This document shows, piece by piece, positions 26,001 to 32,000 of a stretch of 32,000 bases of DNA (the stretch's first letter is position 1; each line of letters begins with the position of its first letter). This DNA is from Candidatus Kuenenia stuttgartensis (GTDB lineage: Bacteria > Planctomycetota > Brocadiia > Brocadiales > Brocadiaceae), in the NCBI RefSeq assembly GCF_900232105.1, contig NZ_LT934425.1, positions 1,140,001 through 1,172,000 on the forward strand, given 5' to 3'. The notes beneath the pieces were generated by a model that searched no databases, was not told the origin of the DNA, and was given only the letters and a program-made list of their open reading frames with translations. The position numbers and the translations under genes were made by a program.

Positions 26001-28751
26001 ATGAATTCGTCCCTTTTGTTTAGAAACAGAAAAATTAAAAATCCGCTTTTAAAAAACGTTCACAACCGGCTTGACGAAGCGATTGAAGTCATTAGGGAAA
26101 AAGATCCCGTTTTTTACAAGAATTGCCATAAATTATTTCCCGTTCTTAAGACGCCTGAGCATGTCTGGAAAATACCTTTGGAATTCTACACTGATGGCGG
26201 CGTAAAATTAGTTCTGCGAATAACGGTAGTTTTCCACAATCTTGCCCTTGGCCCGCCTAAAGGTGGTATCTTGTTAATCCCGCCCCATATTCTTGGGGAT
26301 GGCTTTTTTGAACTTTTTGACCAATTACGGAAACAAAAGACATCTCTTGATGAAATACGTGAATTTTGTTTTGAATGGGTCTCTGAGGGAATTGAAGCCC
26401 TTTCCATTGTAACCACGTTAAAACTTGCTCTATATTCCCTCCCGCTTGGTGGAGGAATGTGCGGAATTTTTCTTGGCAAACCGGAATATGACAGGGGAGA
26501 ACTATTTCTTAAATCCATTGACCTGACAAATAATGAAAAAAGGAGATTGGTCAGGGAAGTAGGTTACTTACTTACAAAAGAAGGGATTATGGGGTATGAT
26601 GCATATTCCCCCGGCCCGGACATAGGCACCGATGGCGCAATGATGGATTCTATTGCAGATGGCCATTTCAGGGCATTAACTGAGATGGAAAAAATCAGAG
26701 AAAAAGGGCTTTTGGAAAAATTAAAAAGCATCAGGGATGCTGAGATTGTATGGACAGTAGATTTGCCTTATTTAAAAACAGCAGCGGCGTTTGCAAAGGA
26801 AATAAAAATACCGGCGGAAGCAAAAAGAAGCGTCCCGGAATTGGGCGCCGTTACGTTTAAAACTCACGGCGGATTAGCAGGCAGAGGAGAAGCCACAGCA
26901 TTTGCTGCGGTGGAAATCACGAATATTCTGGTTTGGCACAATGAAGATCCAAAAGACTATTTAAAAGTACGGATTGGAAGGGAAAGAAAGAATTATTTGG
27001 CGGAAAAGACGGTTGTTATTCACGGTTTTGACAACATCGGGTTAAACGCGTCACAGTTCTTTTCACGAAAAGGAGCAAAAGTAGTTGCGGTAAGCGAATA
27101 TGAACGGAGAGAAAAGAAATTAGTGGCGGTGTATAATTATGAGGGGATAGACGTAGATGCGTTAATCAGGCATAAAGAAACATGCGGCGGCATTTATGGC
27201 TTCCGGGGAGCAAGTGTTTATGCCGAACCCTATCAACTACTGAATGAAAAGGTTGACATCGTTTTTCTGGCTGCCATAGAAAACCAGATACACGACCATA
27301 ATGCTGAAAGCATTCAGGCCCGTTATGTTATTTCTGCTGCAAATGCAGGCATCTCCCAGGAAGGGTATCACATACTGATAAAAAAAGGGAAGATTGTTGC
27401 CAGAGATTCCATTGTAAAATCCGGAGGAATTATCGCATCTTACCTTGAAAAAATACAAAATGCCCAGAATGACTACTGGGAAAAAGAATACGTCTTTAAA
27501 GATATTATATCGAGAATCGAAAACGTTTTAAAAAATAATGTATTCAAAAACCTGGTGGAAAAACACTCCATTGATTTATCGGTCGCAGGCGATGTGGCGG
27601 CTATCAAAAGAATCACCAGCACCATGGAGGCAAAAAATGCACCGCAAAAGAAAATGAAAGACAAGAAACCCTTAATAATAGGCATCTTTGATTCCGGACA
27701 GGGCGGGATTATTGTAACGGAAAAACTTAACAGGATACTGCCCGTGGGAAATATAAAACTGCTGCTTTTTACCGACAAGGCGAATTTCCCGTTCGGACAA
27801 AAATCAAAGGAGGAAATAAATGACATCACCTTTCGGGCAGTTCATGAAATAAACGAACGCTGCAAAACCATGCATCAATCAAACGGGTTTTTCTACCGGT
27901 TTATTTATAATACTCCGTACTTTCTTAAAACAGTATTCATCTGGCTGGGGATCATTCCCAGAGACGTCATCGTCTGCTTTGCCTGCAATACGGTGGATAC
28001 CATGGTTAATCATAAAAAATTACGTATCCGTTTTCCACACATGCAATTTATTGGCCCTGTAAAGAAAACATTATTAAAAATAAACGCGCTGCCAAAAGAC
28101 GCAAGGATTGGCATTATTGGCACGGTAGGAACAATAAAAAGCGGCATTTATGAAAAACGTATCAGAGAAGCAGGATACCATGTGTTGGCAAAGCCAACCC
28201 CATTACTGGCGGTCTTATCGGAAATGTTATACAAAAAAAGCTTTGATACGGAAGAAAAACAAAAGGAATTTTACAAAACAGCAAGAGACCTCATCTATGT
28301 AAATTTAAAAGAATTTATAAAAAAAAATACTATTTCTCACCTGTGTCTTGCCTGCACGCATTACGATTATTTAAAAAGCACACTAAAAGACCTCTTCGGC
28401 GAAGTGGAATTTATCAGCACGGTGGAAACCGTAATTGAAGAAGTCCAGGACATCATAAATCAGATACCATTGCAAATGGGGGAGCGGGAACTGGAATTTA
28501 TAAAAAGGGCAAGAAAAGGGAAAGATTTAGACCGCCTGATCCTTGAAGATATTATTTCCTCCCAAAACCTGTCCCCGGAAGAAAAGGTAAAATTAGGAGA
28601 CAGGGAAGACCAAATCAAAAACATACTGCAAAATAAATTAGAGGGAATTACGGCTGATGAAATTGAAGAAATGAAGTTTTTTGATAGTAATAGTGTTAAA
28701 GTAAAATATAACGGAAAGGAAAGGCTCGTAAGCCTTTTTCATTTGCAGTAA
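26001..28751 (+). CDS. fusion protein: Glu/Leu/Phe/Val-dehydrogenase-like domain (~aa 50-540) plus glutamate-racemase (MurI)-like domain (~aa 555-830) plus ~90-aa acidic tail
   Basis: GDH-like part: LGPPKGGI (K87), TTLKLAL, LPLGGGMCG (M153 where GGxKGG carries the catalytic Lys), PGPDIGTD, GGLAGRGEATAFA, HGFDNIG..GAKVVAVSE, and SAANAGIS..KSGGIIASYLEKIQN. MurI-like part: IGIFDSGQGG (27675-), FACNT (Cys662), IIGTVGTIKSGIY, and LACTHY (Cys785). It is a single uninterrupted 916-codon ORF. No clear SD precedes ATG 26001. Confidence 0.8.
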   Translation: MNSSLLFRNRKIKNPLLKNVHNRLDEAIEVIREKDPVFYKNCHKLFPVLKTPEHVWKIPLEFYTDGGVKLVLRITVVFHNLALGPPKGGILLIPPHILGDGFFELFDQLRKQKTSLDEIREFCFEWVSEGIEALSIVTTLKLALYSLPLGGGMCGIFLGKPEYDRGELFLKSIDLTNNEKRRLVREVGYLLTKEGIMGYDAYSPGPDIGTDGAMMDSIADGHFRALTEMEKIREKGLLEKLKSIRDAEIVWTVDLPYLKTAAAFAKEIKIPAEAKRSVPELGAVTFKTHGGLAGRGEATAFAAVEITNILVWHNEDPKDYLKVRIGRERKNYLAEKTVVIHGFDNIGLNASQFFSRKGAKVVAVSEYERREKKLVAVYNYEGIDVDALIRHKETCGGIYGFRGASVYAEPYQLLNEKVDIVFLAAIENQIHDHNAESIQARYVISAANAGISQEGYHILIKKGKIVARDSIVKSGGIIASYLEKIQNAQNDYWEKEYVFKDIISRIENVLKNNVFKNLVEKHSIDLSVAGDVAAIKRITSTMEAKNAPQKKMKDKKPLIIGIFDSGQGGIIVTEKLNRILPVGNIKLLLFTDKANFPFGQKSKEEINDITFRAVHEINERCKTMHQSNGFFYRFIYNTPYFLKTVFIWLGIIPRDVIVCFACNTVDTMVNHKKLRIRFPHMQFIGPVKKTLLKINALPKDARIGIIGTVGTIKSGIYEKRIREAGYHVLAKPTPLLAVLSEMLYKKSFDTEEKQKEFYKTARDLIYVNLKEFIKKNTISHLCLACTHYDYLKSTLKDLFGEVEFISTVETVIEEVQDIINQIPLQMGERELEFIKRARKGKDLDRLILEDIISSQNLSPEEKVKLGDREDQIKNILQNKLEGITADEIEEMKFFDSNSVKVKYNGKERLVSLFHLQ

Positions 28752-28809
28752 ACAAAAACTGCAAAAAAAACAGTAACTATTAAGCGTAAACATTACACGA
28801 CTACCGGCG

Positions 28810-28844
28810 GGTTCAGGTTTGTAAACCAATGTCATTAAGTTAAG
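28810..28844. repeat. left arm of a split 35-bp inverted repeat (GGTTCAGGTTTGTAAACCAATGTCATTAAGTTAAG)
   Basis: Bases 28823-28844 are the exact reverse complement of 31436-31457 (22/22). The outer 11-13 bp (GGGTTCAGGTT / AACCTGAACCC) continue the symmetry with one indel. Confidence 0.85.
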
Positions 28845-28888
28845 AATTATTGTAACACTTTGATTTTAAAAAAAACGTATTACCGATA

Positions 28889-28947
28889 AGCTACGTAGGA
28901 GCGGCCTGTCTTCCTGTCAATCATATACAGGCCGTTCCTACGTAGCT
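28889..28947. repeat. REP-like hairpin with 21-bp arms (AGCTACGTAGGAGCGGCCTGT / ACAGGCCGTTCCTACGTAGCT, 1 mismatch, 17-nt loop)
   Basis: Arms compared base by base. It contains a GTAG...CTAC core (28895-28941). Confidence 0.8.
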
Positions 28948-29080
28948 ATTTACCTGTTGAATTTTATTGCGCTACAAACAGACCGCCCCTAAAGGGGCTA
29001 CATTGTTTTTTATGTCCCCTTGGATTTTTCAAATAACTAAGGTGCTATGAATTATTTGATCAAAAACAACCCCCCTTTTC

Positions 29081-31418
29081 CCCCCTTAATAAACTGGGGA
29101 TGACCCATATTTTTTGCTGGACACCGTGTTAACCGTATGTTACACTGTGTACATGCATAGAGTAGGAGGTCGAATATTTTCAGATGATGTAATAAAGCGT
29201 TTATCAGAAACTATCCAAAAGGAACCGTGCCTATCGCGTCGTAAACTGTCGCGTCTGGTATGCGAATGGATGGACTGGCGGAATCAAGCGGGCCGTTTGC
29301 AAGAGATGAGTTGTCGCAAGGCGTTGTTGGAATTGGATCGTCGTAAAGAGATCAATCTTCCAAAGGTGAACAGGCATTATGCATTTCAAAAAGTCAATAA
29401 ACCTGCGGAGGCGCCTCCGATTGCGGAAGTGTCATGCGAGCTAGCGGAGTTGGGTGACGTAGAGATTATACGGGTTACAACGAGAATCCATTCGAAACTT
29501 TGGCGTAGCATGTTAGAAGCGCATCATTATCTTGGAAGTGGGCCCCTATGCGGGGCGCAACTTCGGTATCTTGTACGCAGTGAACATTACGGATGGATAG
29601 GAGGGCTAAGTTATAGTGCCTGTGCCAGACGGGTGGAAAGTCGCGACGAGTGGATAGGATGGACGGAGGAAGCACGTAAGCGGAATCATACGTTTGTTAT
29701 CAATAACAGTAGGTATTTAATAGCGCCTACGGTAAGAGTAAAATGTTTGGCATCGCATGTATTGGCAAAATGCCAAACACGTTTGGTAGATGATTGGGAA
29801 AGAGTGTATAAATATCGTCCTGTACTTTTAGAAACCTATGTGGAACGAGGACGGTTTTCCGGAAGCTGTTATCGGGCAGCTAACTGGAAGTATGTAGGAG
29901 GCACGGAAGGTCGAGGACGAAAAGGAACAGGTGCAACGGTCAAAGACGTTTATGTTATGCCGTTGCAAAAGAAATGGCAGGCGGTGTTGTGTTGTTGTGC
30001 CGATGGCAAAGTACATGTTCGCCAAAGAGTGGCACAAAAAGAGCCTCGGGATTGGATAGAAGCGGAACTTGGAGGAACAAAATTGGGCGATGCACGATTG
30101 ACCTCAAGACTTTTAGAAATGACAGGTATGTTTTATGACAAACCTTTGGCAAACATTCCGCAGGCGTGCGGCTCAGTCAGTGCGACTAAGGCTGCATACC
30201 GATTCCTTGACAATGAGAATGTAGATTGGAAGGCGATATTGCAAGCTCATTATGAGGCCACGGAAGAGCGTGTGAAGGAGAATAGTTTGGTTTTGGTAGC
30301 GCAAGATACTACGACTCTGAATTATAGCACACATCCGAATACGCAGGGGTTAGGGCCGATAGGTACTAAGAGTAAAAAAGTTCGTGGACTGATGGTGCAT
30401 GATACGATGGCGTTTACTGAAAGTGGCACACCCTTGGGACTTCTGAATGTGCAATGCTGGGCGCGGGACGGAATAGGCAGCAAACATGAACGACACAAGA
30501 AGCCTATCGAAGAGAAGGAAAGCTGGAAATGGGTGGAGAGTTACCATGCAGTATCGCAAGTACAGAAACGCTGTCGAAACAAATCTTTGCTGGTGGTTGT
30601 GGCAGATCGTGAGGCCGATATTCACGAGGTATTCGCTGAGCAGTATAATACGCCTGATGGCGCTCAGTTGCTGATCCGTGCAGAACGTTCGCGCAATAGA
30701 AAGGTTGTTGATGATAAAGAATCATGCGAGTTTTTGTGGACTAAACTGGAACAGCAACCGGCGATGCCTGTTACGCTACGCCCACCTATGCTAAAAAAGA
30801 ATATGCCTGCGGTCAGGGTGTGGGCGGTGCTGGCGCAGGAAGTCAATCCGCCTATCGGAATTGATGGGTTAGAATGGATGCTGTTAACCACAGTTGCGGT
30901 TAAGCAAGAAAAAGATGCTTACGAACGTTTGGAATGGTATGCTCGCCGATGGGGTATTGAGTGTTATCATCGTATTATCAAGAGCGGTTGTCGTGTCGAG
31001 GCCCGGCAGTTGGAGAGTGCTCGTCGTCTATGCAACGCTTTGGCCATTGATATGATTATAGCTTGGCGTATCCATTACCTGACTACTTTAGGACAAGAAA
31101 CACCTGATGTCCCTTGTACTGTCTACTTCAGCGATTCTGAATGGAAAGCATTGACAACTTTTGCGAACAAGGTCAAGGAGCCTCCTGATTTACCTCCAAG
31201 CCTCAATGATGCCGTGCGGCTTTTAGGTAAACTTGGCGGTCATCTGGGCCGCCGTGGTGATGGCCATCCCGGAAGTGAAGTACTTTGGCGAGGCATGTCA
31301 CGTTTGGCTGATATTGAAGTTGCTTACGAACTTTACACCACTTAGCCTTCAGCTCAATTGGCCGTACAACTACGGTGCTCTTGAAATTTGTGGGTAAAGA
31401 TTAGCTTTATTAAGGGGG
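29081..31418 (+). mobile_element. IS4-family (IS50/Tn5-like) insertion sequence, ~2.34 kb; boundaries tentative
   Basis: 13-bp terminal inverted repeat CCCCCTTAATAAA (29081-29093) / TTTATTAAGGGGG (31406-31418), with further imperfect subterminal symmetry (..ACCCA.., ..CACCG). It holds a single transposase ORF and looks visibly more GC-rich than its surroundings. A possible 5-bp CTTTT flank (29075-29079 / 31420-31424) is too low in complexity to trust. Confidence 0.6.
29153..31345 (+). CDS. DUF4338 (DruA-like) domain fused to a Tn5/IS50-type DDE transposase
   Basis: The C-terminal ~450 aa are collinear with Tn5 Tnp: WIEAELGGTKLGDARL (DNA-binding N-terminus), AQDTTTL (D), VADREADIHE (D), YARRWGIECYHRIIKSG (YREK/E), and the dimerisation tail LGKLGGHLGRRGDGHPG. 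The N-terminal ~300 aa (HHYLGSGPLCGAQLRYLV..RDEWIGW..VINNSRYLIAP..LASHVL..DDWERVYKYRPVLLETYVE.GRFSGSCYRAANWKYVGGTEGRGR) match my memory of DUF4338. I place the start at ATG 29153; TTG 29114 is the ORF-track alternative. Confidence 0.8.
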   Translation: MHRVGGRIFSDDVIKRLSETIQKEPCLSRRKLSRLVCEWMDWRNQAGRLQEMSCRKALLELDRRKEINLPKVNRHYAFQKVNKPAEAPPIAEVSCELAELGDVEIIRVTTRIHSKLWRSMLEAHHYLGSGPLCGAQLRYLVRSEHYGWIGGLSYSACARRVESRDEWIGWTEEARKRNHTFVINNSRYLIAPTVRVKCLASHVLAKCQTRLVDDWERVYKYRPVLLETYVERGRFSGSCYRAANWKYVGGTEGRGRKGTGATVKDVYVMPLQKKWQAVLCCCADGKVHVRQRVAQKEPRDWIEAELGGTKLGDARLTSRLLEMTGMFYDKPLANIPQACGSVSATKAAYRFLDNENVDWKAILQAHYEATEERVKENSLVLVAQDTTTLNYSTHPNTQGLGPIGTKSKKVRGLMVHDTMAFTESGTPLGLLNVQCWARDGIGSKHERHKKPIEEKESWKWVESYHAVSQVQKRCRNKSLLVVVADREADIHEVFAEQYNTPDGAQLLIRAERSRNRKVVDDKESCEFLWTKLEQQPAMPVTLRPPMLKKNMPAVRVWAVLAQEVNPPIGIDGLEWMLLTTVAVKQEKDAYERLEWYARRWGIECYHRIIKSGCRVEARQLESARRLCNALAIDMIIAWRIHYLTTLGQETPDVPCTVYFSDSEWKALTTFANKVKEPPDLPPSLNDAVRLLGKLGGHLGRRGDGHPGSEVLWRGMSRLADIEVAYELYTT

Positions 31419-31435
31419 ACTTTTGCGGCCGTTTG

Positions 31436-31469
31436 CTTAACTTAATGACATTGGTTTGCAACCTGAACC
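31436..31469. repeat. right arm of the split 35-bp inverted repeat (CTTAACTTAATGACATTGGTTTGCAACCTGAACC)
   Basis: Reverse complement of 28810-28844 (see there). Its inner half doubles as the left terminus of the 170-bp structured repeat. Confidence 0.85.
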
Positions 31470-31625
31470 CATGAGTTTATACGGATAATGGAGCTATATA
31501 CTGCAGTAAAATTCCAATGCCCAAATCACAAAATCCCTGTTTGGAATCCGGAATTTATTTTTCATTTGTTCTGCCAATAGAATGCGGGATTGAAAGTATA
31601 AAATGTTTGGTTCAGGTTACAAACC
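31453..31625 (+). repeat. ~173-bp structured repeat with 17-bp inverted termini (candidate ncRNA or MITE), copy adjacent to the IS110-family gene
   Basis: Termini are GGTTTGCAACCTGAACC (31453-31469) and GGTTCAGGTTACAAACC (31609-31625). It is collinear with 10600-10765. Internal helices are conserved (TTTATAC/GTATAAA, AATCCC/GGGATT, AAATTCC/GGAATTT). It ends 105 nt upstream of ATG 31731 on the same strand. Confidence 0.75.
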
Positions 31626-31730
31626 TGATAATCATATAGAAGGCACCTCCGAGCGCACTCTTCATGGTAAAATGGAGGATACCGTGAAAGGCGATTGTTA
31701 AATAATAACAAAGTAAGGAGGGAGCGAGCA

Positions 31731-32000
31731 ATGGGATATTTCGTAGGAATAGATTTACATGGTGATAATAATTATATTGGAATACTCGATGAGGAGGATC
31801 GGAAGGTATTCAAGAGGAGAAACCGTAATGACATCAATGAAATAAAGCGCGTATTAGAGCCATACAAAAAAGAAATAAAGGGTATAGTAGTAGAATCGAC
31901 CTTTAACTGGTACTGGATAGTGGATGGTCTGATGGAGGCAGGCTATCAGGTACACCTGGCAAATACATCGGCAATGCAGCAGTATGAGGGATTAAAGTAC
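31731..32000 (+). CDS. IS110-family (DEDD) transposase/recombinase, N-terminal 90 aa; continues beyond the window
   Basis: My own translation: MGYFVGIDLHGDNNYIGILDEEDRKVFKRRNRNDINEIKRVLEPYKKEIKGIVVESTFNWYWIVDGLMEAGYQVHLANTSAMQQYEGLKY. VGIDLH, VVES and VHLAN are typical of the IS110 N-terminal RuvC-like domain. The RBS is AAGGAGGGA at 31715-31723. It is absent from the ORF track because there is no stop codon inside the window. Confidence 0.85.
   Translation, partial: MGYFVGIDLHGDNNYIGILDEEDRKVFKRRNRNDINEIKRVLEPYKKEIKGIVVESTFNWYWIVDGLMEAGYQVHLANTSAMQQYEGLKY

Noticed and set aside
28752-28790. Hairpin TTGCAGT-AAACAAAA-ACTGCAA after the GDH-MurI stop, as an intrinsic terminator.
   Set aside because: It is followed by an A-run, not a U-run, on the + strand, so it is not a canonical terminator for the gene it follows.
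31568-31596. GTTCTGCCAATAGAATGCGGGATTGAAAG (also 10708-10735) resembles a 29-nt CRISPR repeat ending in ATTGAAAG.
   Set aside because: Each occurrence is single and embedded in the 170-bp repeat. There is no repeat-spacer periodicity and no cas gene in the window. The GGGATT part is better explained as one strand of a conserved helix.

Overview
AT-rich (about 40% GC by eye) bacterial chromosomal window. No rRNA, tRNA or CRISPR array was found. I cannot name the organism; an FNT channel, an HPP remnant and sigma-54 signalling fit an anaerobic non-proteobacterial lineage, but that is a guess.

Gene content, left to right:
- 1-8389 (+): alpha-glucan/trehalose cluster treZ, GH57, malQ, treY, interrupted by a truncated RAYT-type transposase remnant.
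- 8679-10462 (+): hisB overlapping by one base a membrane-anchored PQQ-like beta-propeller gene.
- 10921-20216 (-): an FNT (FocA/NirC-type) channel, a coiled-coil protein, a Cache-TM ORF and a PAS-PAS ORF meeting at an A10 tract, a decayed HPP-family gene, and a sigma-54 NtrC-type regulator with a large Cache-HAMP-PAS-GAF-PAS histidine kinase.
- 20294-25514 (-): a DUF1016/YhcG-like nuclease gene with two in-frame TAA codons, an orphan B12-binding radical SAM gene, argG and a CBS-pair gene.
- 26001-28751 (+): a 916-aa fusion of a glutamate-dehydrogenase-like domain and a glutamate-racemase-like domain.
- 28800-32000: nested mobile DNA, with a Tn5-like DDE transposase carrying a DUF4338 (DruA-like) N-terminal domain and the 5' part of an IS110-family recombinase gene.

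Most interesting signals:
1. A ~170-bp structured repeat with inverted termini occurs at 10600-10765 and 31453-31625, plus a fragment at 23431-23476. The differences between copies preserve helices only on the + strand and cluster in two short patches. One copy sits directly upstream of the IS110 recombinase gene, so it is a candidate bridge/guide RNA or the element's preferred target.
2. The GDH-like/MurI-like fusion lacks the canonical catalytic lysine.
3. The DUF4338-transposase fusion lies inside a split 35-bp inverted repeat.
4. A 76-bp duplication of the FNT gene terminator flanks the orphan repeat copy.
5. Several REP-like GTAG...CTAC hairpins and heptamer arrays occupy the intergenic DNA.

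All domain calls come from reading the translations and remembered family motifs. No searches were run.
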